From: Callorhinchus milii
Taxonomy: Eukaryota
Length of the DNA: 64,000 nt
Assembly (NCBI RefSeq): GCF_018977255.1
Contig: NW_024704743.1
Location: 80,788,001 to 80,852,000, forward strand
Direction: 5' to 3'
The position numbers and the translations under genes are program-made. Below the pieces are notes generated by a model, which made no database searches, had not been told where the DNA came from, and worked only from the letters and a program-made list of their open reading frames with translations. Shown piece after piece: positions 24,912-36,182 of this stretch (the stretch's first letter is position 1; the number at the start of each line of letters is the position of its first letter).

Positions 24912-26295
24912 GGATCGATAATATTATTAATAAGAATATTCCTAGCAATTCCCATCAACACATATCATGTCATGAGGACATCTCAAAGCAATTCATAGGA
25001 CATATTGTAAAGTATAGTGACTGCGTATTTTGTATACAAATGCAGCAGCCCACTTGCACACAACAATATCCCACAATCAGCCATGAATCAAATGAACAAT
25101 TTCATTTGGAGGATTGTTGGCCCGGACAGTGGGAGAAACTTCCTTCTCTTTTTGAGTTGTGTCATGAAATCTTTAATGGCAACCTGAGCAGGCAGCCGGT
25201 TTACTAAAGGTCAGCGCTGTATTGAAGGTGGAATTAGAAATTTGGTTAATTGTTGACCAAGACATTAGAATAATCTTGCTTCTCTTTAATATCCACTTGG
25301 ACAGGGAACGTCTCAATTAAGGAAGACTTGTTTTGACTTGCAATTAATCTTGTTTCCACACCCTCTAGTACAAAGAGGGAATTTGGGGATTTGATGGCAG
25401 AGTGGGCGGTTTACAGTAAATACTGTAAACAAATTAACAAATTAAAGAAATGAGACTAGCTAACTAGGGCTATTTCCTAGACCTATTGCTTCTAACCTTA
25501 AATGCTGAAATGTTTAAAACTGATCTTATGAAATACTATATGTTACAAATTTGGGCCACGTACAGGAACAGTGCAGCAACAAAGCACTTACATCCTGTTT
25601 GGTTGCAGTATCTGGTAATCAAAAAGGGAAAAGGGAAGAGTTTAAACAATAAAGCTGGAAGCTTAGCAGAAACCGATAGTTACTATTTCTGTTAAGTTGT
25701 TGTGCCTGATTTATGGAAGAAACCGTCTTTTGGAAACTCTTAACTTTAGTTCCTCTTCTAAATTCTGCATTTTACATCAAATTGCTGTGAACAAAATAGC
25801 ATTCTTAATTCATCATTTGTTTCCATGCTTCAGAGCATTCCTTTTCAACTCCATCTGAAACTCCAAATCTTAGGGTCTAAACCCGAAACTCCATGCAAAT
25901 CTCTATCAACAAAATAATTTGAAAGTAATGGACTTGGTGGGCGAGAAATATGTGTGTCACATTTCACTAAATTAGACAACAAAAACCTTTTGGGCTTTTT
26001 TACCATAACTATTTCCATGCTATTCATAGAATCATAGAATCTTACAGTACAGAAGGAGGTAATTATGCCCATTATGCCTGTGCCTGCTCTTATCCTATAA
26101 GCCCTACTACATTTTCCTTTTTAAGTACCTTTTGAAAGCTATTATCAAATCTGCTTCCACCACCCTTTCAGGCAGTGCATTCCAGACTGTAACATCTCTC
26201 TGGGTAAAAAAAATTCTCCTCGTCTACCTTCTGGTTCTTTTACCAATTATCTTAAATCAGTGTCCTCTGGTTACTGACCCACCCCCAGAGGAAAC

Positions 26296-27315
26296 CACAA
26301 GGATCAAGGATCAGTGCTTGGGCCTCAGCTATTTACAGTTTACATCAATGATCTAGACGAGGACATTGAATGTAACGTATCTAAATTCGCGGATGACACT
26401 AAACTAGGTGGGAGAGTAAGCTTTGAGGATGATGCAAAGAGATTGCAACGGGATATAGATAGGCTAGGGGAGTGGGCGAGTAGGTGGCAGATGGAATTTA
26501 ATGTGGGGAAGTGTGAAGCTATTCACCTAGGTAGAAAAAATAGAAAAACAGATTATTTTCTAGAGGGGGAGAGATTAGATAGTGTTAGTGTTCAGAGGGA
26601 TTTGGGTGTCCTTGTACACCAGTCTCAAAAAGTTGGTTTGCAGGTGCAGCAAGCAACTAAGAAGGCGAACGGCATGTTAGCGTTCATTGCAAAAGGTTTA
26701 GAGTACAAGAGTAGGCAAGTCTTGCTGCAACTATATAGGGCCTTGGTGAGACCGCACCTAAAGTATTGTGTGCAGTTTTGGTCTCCTTATTTAGAAAAGG
26801 ACATACTTGCCTTAGAGGGTGTGCGGCGTAGATTCACTAGGTTAGTTCCTGGGATGAGGGGATTGACCTATGAGGATAGGCTGAATAAACTAGGGCTGTA
26901 TTCTCTAGAGTACAGAAGAATTAGGGGAGATCTTATTGAAACATATAACATTCTTAAAGGGCTGGATAAAGTAGTTACTGAGGGACTGTTTCCTCTGGTA
27001 GGAGAATCTATAACCAGGGGTCACAGTCTTAAAATTAAGGGTCAGCCTTTTAGAACAGAGTTGAGGAAACATTTCTTCACTCAGAGGGTAGTGAATTTAT
27101 GGAATTCACTACCCCAGAAGGCTGTAGATGCTCAGTCCTTGAACATTGTCAAGGTTGAGACTGATAGATTTTTTAAAAATAGCGGAATTAGGAGATATGG
27201 AGATAGGGCAGGTAATTAGAGTTAGGTCAGAAGATCAGCCATGATCTTATCAAATGGCGGGGCAGGCTCGAGGGGCCGAATGGCCTTCTCCTGTTCCTAA
27301 TTCTTATGTTCTGAT
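26296..27315 (+). mobile_element. 5'-truncated CR1 with open 301-aa RT C-terminal frame, nested in an older antisense CR1 (about 26020-27540)
   Basis: LGPQLFTVYINDLD, KFADDTKLGG, LVRPHLKYCVQFW; complete 3' end; candidate TSD gaaac at 26291-26295 and 27316-27320. Confidence 0.9.
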
Positions 27316-29881
27316 GAAACAGTTTCTCTGTATCTACTCTATCGAAACCCCTCATAATTTTAAACACCTCTATTAAATATCCCCTCAACCTCCTCTACTC
27401 TAAGGAGAATAATCCCAGTCTCTTTTGTCTCTCCACATAACTAAAGTCCCTCATCCTTGATATCATTCTGGTAAATCTCTTTTGCACCCTTCCTAAAGTG
27501 TGGTGCACAGAATTGGACACAATACTGGAACTGAAGCCTCACCAGCGATGGATGGAGTCAAATCCTTAATAGGACTTCATCAAAGGGTGAAGTTCGGAGG
27601 AGCATTATTTTCCTATTTTAATTCCATCATTTCTGAGTGGTTTGCTGCCCATGCTGATTTGCAACTCATATCCTGGCATAAACACGTGTGTCACTAAATG
27701 ACTCGTCATGGCTGATTGGGCAACGTAAAAAGAGGTTCCTTTAACGAAAATAGTTTTACTTTGTCCACTTCCAGATTCTAGATATTATTTATTTCCTTTA
27801 TAAAAAATGCTCTTTGTTTATTTCCAAACCCAGGAATTTGGAGACATTAGTGGTTTCACTTCTGCCTTGAAAGAAATGTCATGCCTTACATAAGAGTTAA
27901 GCTGACCAGGAGAATTAAATATCAATAACATTGTTGTTTGAAATAAAAAATAAATTTACGACACAACCATAATTTGGCCAAACTTAGTCATTTCTTGGGC
28001 AAGTTTAATGAGTTTACATAAGCTGTTCCTGTCCTTTACCGCAATAGTGGCAAGAACCCACAGATTCCCAGCAGATACTCATCAGGATTCAATCATCAGA
28101 TTTATTTGGTTAACTTTAACCTAACCTATAGTTAGAAAACATTTCTTGGATAATGTATGATAAGGTCGGGTGTGAGTGTTTATTGGAAATTCTCATACAG
28201 TTTGTTTAAAACAGCTATTTTACAGTGTGCCTGCACTTTGAAAAGATCAGCTCCTCTGCTTCCCGAAAACATCATTAGCAGATATTCTTCTGTATGGACA
28301 CACAGTAGATCTTAATTACGCCTCAACAAAAAACCTTCCCGAATTATATTTATGTGATTTGGTGGGTTTCCTACTTTCTTAATCCCAACCACCAACTCGG
28401 GTGTGGATTCCTGACTGTCCAGTGGCTTAGGACATCCTCCTGATGTGAAAGGCGCTATACAAACGTAATTTGTTGTTGTTGAAGAATTGGAAAGAGTAAT
28501 TAGGATTGTTGAGCAAAGCAACACTTTCTTTCAACGGACTTAGCTGCTGAAGGTTGCATGTACAGAAGGTTATCAAAAAGCGCTCCGGGACACCATCCAG
28601 TGTGAAGGGCGCTATATAAATGCAAATTGTTCTTGTAATGCAATATTGCATTTATCACTAGGGGACTGGAATATAAGAATCAGAAAAGGATGTCACAGCT
28701 GTGTACAATGCTGGTCGAACACCATTTGGAGTATTGTGTGCAGTTTTGGGCACCAAGAGATATGGAGAGAGGGTGGGGGGGTGGAATTGAGTTGCTGATC
28801 GGCCACAATCTTCGAAGGTGGTTGGACAGGCTTGATAGGCCAAATGGCCTACTCCTGTTTCTATGTTCCTCAACCCCACTCAAGGGTGCCCAAGCCTAGA
28901 CTCTTGGAACCTGACCTAATATTCTCCAGAATTAGGTGAACATGGTGCGTCCCTCCAGGAAAGAGTGCGTATTCCATTCTGGAAAAGCAAATTTCCATGT
29001 GTAGATGGCAAACATGGAACTCTTTGTTTGATTTGAATACTCTTAAACATGGTGATGGGTTTCCTCCCATATGTGTCAGACACCCACTGACCAAAAAAAA
29101 CGTGGAACTCATTGTCACACTATAGTTGGAGCAGAAAGCATGAATGCATTTTAGAGGAAACTCAATACATACCTGAAGGGCATAGAGAAACATGGGTGTG
29201 GCTCGGGAGGTGGGGATTAGCATGGGTGTCAGGCTCCCGAATAAACACCAGTTTATGACTGACTGAAGGGCCAGTTTCGATGCTGTAGCTTCTACATATT
29301 TGATTCATCAAATTAATGTCTAGTTTCCCATGACACACATCTGCATGATTCAGTCCAAATAAAAGATGTGTAAAACAGTAAAGTATGGGAGGTGCGCAGT
29401 GAATGCTATTTAATTGACAGAACATTATGGAGAAATTAGGCAATTTAATCCAAGATATTTTCCAAGTTAAGATGAGTGTAAATGTAGACATGTTTTGCAC
29501 AAAGTCCAACAGAGGTATCTTTAAATAGATATTGGAAAACAACATATCTAAGAGTATTATACAGGAAAATATTTAAGTCATTTACTTTGGCTGTTTTATA
29601 TATAATTCATAACTAAATGTTATATTTAAAAGAAGAACAACCTTTATAACGGTCATGCATGAGCTAGGAGTATTACGTATTTTTGTTCATTTGCTAATGT
29701 TGGGAAAGCATGGCTATAGCTAAACCATTGAACTAAAATATGAACAAAGTATCTTTGTCTTATTCAAAATTAAATAGTACTCCTATTAATGCTAGTAAAT
29801 GATTTCACCAATATTGTCTGCTGGGTGACATAAGTAAATATTGAGGTTTAGAATTCATCTGTTCAGGCAATCCATCAGTAT

Positions 29882-30189
29882 TCATATAGAAGAGATTGTG
29901 TACCGCCTTTGGACAAATTTTTTGGTCACTTTTTTGGCAATTTTGTTCATTTTGCTTTTCTTCAGAGCTCTCACTAACATTTCTACGGTTATGCTCTTTT
30001 TCTGCTTTCTCTTCCATTCTATTAGATAATCTATAACCTGCTGCTGATGCTGTCCCTTATTCCATCTTTCCAATATATTAGCTCTGGGCAGGTTAAGCAG
30101 AGTTTTTCCTATACTGAAAATTTGGCGTTGCTTCAAATTTTGTTGTGATACGAAATAGAAAAATATTTCTTCGCACTTGGAAAGACCCT
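29882..30189 (-). CDS. TNFRSF6B: Paralog A exon 4 (death-domain-like, basic C-terminus)
   Basis: Acceptor ttctttcttccag; (E)GLSKCEEIFFYFVSQQ...LIEWKRKQKKSITVEMLVRALKKSKMNKIAKKVTKKFVQRRYTISSI*. Symbol is tentative (TNFRSF6B vs TNFRSF11B unresolved). Confidence 0.85.
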
Positions 30190-32676
30190 CTGGAAGAAAG
30201 AACAAAAGGAGAAAATTTAGTATTGATTTAAGATTTTAAAAAAGCATACGACAAATATAAAATAAAAGCACAAATCTTTTAAACTGTTAGAAGAGATGCC
30301 AATAGATTTGCTCCCTCCCTGCCTGAATTTTCTCTCCCCGGTGGCATCAATGACTGAACTGGCTGACTGTGGTGATGCCCTCAGCCACACAATAGAAGAG
30401 CATAGGAGAACAATTCCACTTGCTGTTTAGGGATGTAGTGACTCAGACTATGAAGACTCATGAGAGTTTTGGATAAAGAGCACATACACAATACAAAATT
30501 ACATTTGTATAGCGCCTTTCATGTCGGGAGAACGTCCCAACTATCATCAAAGTCAGGATGCAGGACTGCAGGAAATTATCTAACCACATCTATGTTTCTA
30601 GCCATCATAGAGAATAACTTGAGGTCTGTTAATCAGCTATTTCAGGATGTAACGTTATGTTCAATGAAGATAATAGAATTCATTGGAACAAAGTGGACTA
30701 GATTCTTGTAAAAGGCACCAAGAAGTAGTCGTTAGCCTTGAGAGAGGGTCTATCTATTCTGGTTCAAGTTCATCCAAGCAAATGGCCTACAGACCAGAAT
30801 CTGAATCAGTGTCCATCTTGATTCAAAAATGTAGTCTTGTAACATGTGTGTATAAAACTCAAAGGTGAACAGCACCAGTGTCAGGGCACAGGACAGATGT
30901 ATTTATTGTGTGACATAACCTAATGAAAAAGTTCATTAATTTCAACTAATCTGAAATGTTGTGAATATTGTTATAGTACAGTGACCTGAAAAGCTGATCA
31001 GCCCAGGTATCTCTGAAAGCCAAACTGCGTTTTTCCAGCTCATCCTGTAATCATTCTGCACTGATACACGATGTATAACATCTTCTGAATCAAGTGGTTG
31101 TTCCCAACTAAAATGTTTTCCCATTGGGATATAGAACTTTGCAGTGGAAAAAAGTGAATTTTTCAGTAATAAAAATAACCAGCAATAAAATAATGTTCCT
31201 TTCATGTGCAGATACTACTGTTCAATTCAACGCTTCTTATATTTATACAGCTAACAAAGGTCTGCTACATATCCCCTGCCCTCTTTGTGCCACCACTGCT
31301 GGCCAAGCTTCCAGTCATTATGCCTCGAACCTCTATTTGCCACTATCCCTCTGCCTCCCCTCTCTCTACCTATCTTCAAATCCTATCTTTTGTCCACAAA
31401 ATTCACAGGCAATCCACTTTATAATATATACTGTGAAACACTTTGAGACAGCTCAGCAATGTGATAAGGCACTAGATCAAACAAGGATTAGTATCATTAA
31501 AACCTATCTCTTTGCCCGCACCTATGGCCATCTCCCTCCCTTCCTATTAGTTTGGAGTGCAACCCCACCACTATAAAGTGCTCTGAGACATTGTCCTACA
31601 TGAAGGATGCTTTACAAATTGCAAGTTGTTGTTTTAATTTATGAAGATATATCAAGTGCTTTTCACGGCTGGTTTGGTACCTAAGACTTGGGAAGGGAGT
31701 GATCAGCTTTTCAATTTGGTTGCGGGCAGCGGAATGTTCTTTAGTTGAGCGTCAATTGACTCCTTCTACTCTGCTGTTAACTACTTATAATGGGGATAGG
31801 TATAATTGAAGATCATGCCAATATGTTTCATAAAGACTACCTTGTATTGTTGGTGTTCCTGTATTTTCAGGCAATGTTTATTCATTGAAGTCTAAAAATA
31901 ATAATAATACACCTTGCATTTAATATAGGGCCTTATCACGTCATAGAAACATCTCAAAATGGTTTGCAGGATATGTAAGGTGGATTGACTGTGTATTTTG
32001 TGGGCGAAAATACCAATTATCCTTCCATTTCATATAGAACCTCATTACATTGGCAAAACATCTCAAACAGTTTCAAAGGATTTACTGTAAAGTTTAGTGA
32101 CTGTGGAATTATAGGTGAGCATCTCCAGAAAAAATCCCCAACTCGAAGCATGAACAAAACTAGATTTCTACATAGTACTAATGTATTACTGCAGGTGATC
32201 AAAAATGTTCCAGCAAAGCATTATATTAATACTTGCATTATTTGTTTTAGCTAAAGATATAGAATGATTCAGGATATTATTAAGGACAGGAATTTTTCCT
32301 GCTGTTAACGCTGAAAGCTAAAACCTAACAAATATGATGGTCCTAGCTGGATAAACAGCAGGATTTAAATGACACTCTACTTGGTTTTAGCTGGTTGGAC
32401 TCCAGCACACTCTTAGAGCTTTTGTCAACCTGTGTCAAATACTCTCCAGAATTAAGTAAGCAGTTTGTATCCCTCGGAGCATCCATTCATTCCAAGCAAT
32501 TTCCATTTGTTGGCAAGTACGGAATACTCAGTATAAAATACACAGTCAATCCACTTTTTCTGGCAGCCCCCTGGCTGACAAGAAAAACTTATCGGCCAGC
32601 CTGAAAGAGCAGATTTTGAGCTATTGCTGCACATTTGTTCAAATTTGCATGTGAGAGAATAAAAGTTTATAAACAC

Positions 32677-32859
32677 CTTTGGAGGAACCAGGCTGGCAGG
32701 GACCACACAAGTTGTCATATAATGAAGTACCAGGAACGTCCAGCTTTAAATCCAATGCACTGCAGTCTGTGTGTCTCTTACATTGCTCAGTGGTAGAACT
32801 TATCGATGAATAGAAACCGTCAGGGCATATTTCACATTGTGTGTCCATGTGTGGAGTGC
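32677..32859 (-). CDS. TNFRSF6B: Paralog A exon 3 (end of CRD3, CRD4)
   Basis: (G)TPHMDTQCEICPDGFYSSISSTTEQCKRHTDCSALDLKLDVPGTSLYDNLCGPCQPGSSK; 183 nt; cag acceptor, gtgttt donor. Confidence 0.92.
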
Positions 32860-32999
32860 CTGATAAGACAAGCAGAGTGAAAGAAAGCATTACGGCTCCC
32901 ATTTCTATTAAATCGGAAGTTTAAAAATTATCGTCAGAAATAAAGATTTATTATTGGCGAGAAACAGATTGCAACAAGACAGCATTTAGGACATGTTAC

Positions 33000-33390
33000 C
33001 TGCAATCTTAACTCCAAATCCATGATTGCATTCTTTGTGCTTTATACAAAATTCAAATTCGAAGAAGTAACCACCTCTGCATTCACACACTCTGTTGTGA
33101 GTTGAGTTACACTCATATTTAACGTATTGATTTTCTCTGCAGAAGTTATTGCAGTATTTACATTTATGTATGTAGTTCCAAAACTGTGTATAGTGGAGTT
33201 CTGAGCAGGGTGCACACACAGAATCATGTTGACCTGTGCAATATTTCTCCAGATGTTGTCCTGGAGGGCAGCGGCTGCATGTCAACATCTGTCCTGTCTC
33301 CTGGTCCCTGTGCTGGTAGGTGGGTACGGTTTGCTGGCATTCAGCTTGATTTGCACAAACAATAAGGACGCTGGCCAAACTAAGCAAGCA
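33000..33390 (-). CDS. TNFRSF6B: Paralog A exon 2 (signal peptide, CRD1-CRD3)
   Basis: CLLSLASVLIVCANQAEC-QQTVPTYQHRDQETGQMLTCSRCPPG...HYTQFWNY...THNRVCEC...GFGVKIA; 391 nt; tag acceptor, gtaaca donor. Confidence 0.95.
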
Positions 33391-33927
33391 CTACAGTGTG
33401 TAAAGGAAAACTGAGATTAGCACCTGTTTGAAAATACAGCATTCATACATTCATTAACACAGCCTATGTAGCTTTGAACAACACTGATATCAACAACAAA
33501 TTGCATTAATATGGAGCCTTTCATGTCTAGAGGATGTCCCAAGGGAGTGAATAATTCACCCAGTCAATACAAATTTGGCAAAATATCCCAACCAAAATTT
33601 TACTTTATGTAAAAATATTCTCTTAGGAATTCATGTGATAGTCGTAAATAGTTGTCTCATTACATTAACTACTTTGTAACGGATACTTTCTGATTGATAC
33701 CTGTAATCAGCTCTGAGTTATTACCCAATGCATTCAGAATAACTATATCACAGATACTAAATACTAGAATATAAATAATAAATATATTCAGGAGTAATCC
33801 ATTCGGCATCACAAGTGAATACTTTTCTGTTAAACCCTTGACATGAATCGGTTGCACATCGACTGATGTGATTTACATCCATTCGCTGCTACCTTCTATT
33901 TTACCAGTTTGACATAATGGCTCCACT

Positions 33928-34828
33928 CACAGCACATCCCCAGCCCCAGCACAGCCCCAGCACAGCCCCAGCCCCATCCCCAGCACAGCCCCAGCCCCAG
34001 CACAGCCCCAGCCCCAGCACAGCCCCAGCCCCATCCCCAGCACAGCCCCATCCCCAGCACAGCCCCAGCCCCAGCACAGCCCCAGCCCCATCCCCAGCAC
34101 AGCCCCAGCCCCAGCACAGCCCCAGCCCCAGCACAGCCCCAGCCCCATCCCCAGCACAGCCCCAGCACAGCCCCAGCCCCAGCACAGCCCCAGTCCCAGC
34201 CCCAGCACAGCCCCAGCACAGCCCCATCCCCAGCACAGCCCCAGCACAGCCCCATCCCCAGCACAGCCCCAGCACAGCCCCAGCCCCAGCACAGCCCCAG
34301 CACAGCTCCGGATCAGCCCCAGCCCCAGCACAGCCCCAGATCAGCCCCAGCCCATCCCCAGCACATCCCCAGCCCATCCCCAGCACAGCCCCAGCACAGC
34401 CCCAGCACATTCCCAGCCCATCCCCAGCACAGCCCCAGCACAGCCCCAGCCCCAGCACAGCCCCAGCCCCAGCCCCAGCACAGCCCCAGCACAGCCCCAG
34501 CCCAGCACAGCCCCAGCACAGCACAGCCCCAGCACAGCCCCAGCCCCAGCACAGCCCCAGCACAGCTCCGGATCAGCCCCAGCCCCAGCACAGCCCCAGA
34601 TCAGCCCCAGCCCATCCCCAGCACATCCCCAGCCCATCCCCAGCACAGCCCCAGCACTGCCCCAGCCCATCCCCAGCACAGCCCCAGCACAGCCCCAGCA
34701 CAGCCCCAGCCCATCCCCAGCCCATCCCCAGCACATCCCCAGCCCATCCCCAGCCCATCCCCAGCACAGCCCCAGCCCAGCCCAGCCCATCCCCAGCCCC
34801 AGCACAGCCCCAGCACAGCCCCAGCACA
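33928..34828. repeat. Intron-1 minisatellite of paralog A (CCCCAG/CACAG/CCCAT variants; G-rich on the sense strand)
   Basis: About 900 bp built on ccccagcacag-type units, with a higher-order duplication starting at 34301 and 34561. Confidence 0.97.
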
Positions 34829-34908
34829 ATACAGTACATGCGGATGGTGAGGCGTCTCTCGAGGCTGCAGTCGGTCAGTGTGTCTGTGTGTCTGTGACAA
34901 TCACTCAC

Positions 34909-34926
34909 CGCTTTGCTGAGATGCAT
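34909..34926 (-). CDS. TNFRSF6B: Paralog A exon 1 coding part (MHLSKA)
   Basis: ATG CAT CTC AGC AAA GCG is followed by a consensus GTGAGT donor. The phase-0 join to exon 2 completes a signal peptide. A TATA box lies 42 nt upstream of the ATG. Confidence 0.8.
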
Positions 34927-34967
34927 CTCTGCTGCTGGAGGTGCTGTTGAGCGGTGGCGACGCTGAG

Positions 34968-34975
34968 TTTATATA
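34968..34975 (-). promoter_or_regulatory. TATA box of paralog A
   Basis: TATATAAA on the minus strand, identical in paralog B. Confidence 0.7.
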
Positions 34976-36182
34976 CACCGCACAGTGGGATTGCCAGAAA
35001 GTTTGCTCGTCATACTTCTGGTAAATGATACAGATCCGTTCATATTTAATATGCCAACCAACCCTGCAAGTTACCGGTATCGGTTATAGAAAAACTCAAA
35101 GTAAATAGAGTTTAGTGGTGGATTTCAGGAGGATGTGCCTCTTTGCTGTAATATTCTCCAGCAGAGGCTGCAGTGCACAAGCAGTCAGCATTTTACGTTT
35201 CAGCAACAAAACTAGATCCATCTAATACACTGAGACTTAAATGTGACTCCAGCGAAATCTGCAGAATAGAAAGAATAATAGTGATGGAGAGAATGATCAT
35301 TTGATATCGTGGTCCCATCTCTTGGGGAGGACACCCATCTCAGTGTTTCACAGGGCACGTTATAAAGTGGAGACTGTGTGTTTTGCAGGTGAACCCCCGC
35401 AGCCAATGTGTGCAGCTCAACTAACAACCTCGAAGAAAACACTGGACCTGCTGGACAGTCAGTTCTATTTGGGGAATGTGTGATGTTTTGTGGACTTCAT
35501 TAAATAAAGAGGGGAGAATTTTTTGCCCTTTCCTCCACTTGCTCAGCGCAGAGGTAACTTTTAAGCAATCATCAAATTGGCTGGCACAGTTACCTCAAAT
35601 GCACAGTCAATAGACTTCACAATAAAAGCCTGTGAAGTGCTTTGAGATGTCTCAATGATGTGATAAGACCGTGCGTCCAAGCTGCACACAGGAAGATGGT
35701 GACAATGCTCTCATGCATTTCATGCTGAGCTGTGTTGCCCACAAGGAAGCTCCCAATGAGTACCACCTAACCAATGCTCAAACCTGTGCTTGTTGGATGG
35801 CAAATGACTAACCAGAGACTATCCTGGGGGTGGAGTTTGAGGGAGGTAAACCTGATCTCTTGTGTAGGTGGGATACACAATAATAATCCCTCCAAAATAC
35901 AAAAAAACAATAAAAACTTGGTCATTTTCAATCCACGACTGTTTGTTGGACATTGCTGTGCGCAATTGACTGCTGCATTCGCCCACAAATATACAGTTAA
36001 TTCACTTTACAGTATATTCTGTGAAGCGCTTTGGGACGTCTAGAAGACATGAAAAGCGCTATATCAAATGCAAGGATTATTATTATTATTATTATGGAAT
36101 TCTCAGTTTGTTTTGGATACTCTTAAGTATGGTAATGGGTTTCCACCTGTGTCAGACATCTGGCTGACCAAAGAGTATTCAG

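Larger units (their letters stand above)
29882..34926 (-). other. Gene span: secreted TNF-receptor decoy paralog A (DcR3/OPG-like), 299 aa
   Basis: complement(join(29882..30189,32677..32859,33000..33390,34909..34926)) = 900 nt. All introns are GT-AG with consistent phases (0,1,1). Signal peptide, 4 CRDs, one death-domain-like basic C-terminal region, no TM segment. Confidence 0.9.

Noticed and set aside
30942..31205. 87-aa minus-strand ORF in paralog A intron 3 as an extra exon
   Set aside because: No recognisable homology, absent from paralog B, and exons 3 and 4 already join in frame.
33896..34926. Long PQHSPS and GLCWG ORFs on both strands (also 53430-54196)
   Set aside because: They are translations of a stop-free minisatellite, open in several frames. 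Only the first 6 codons (MHLSKA) before the GTGAGT donor are supported as coding.
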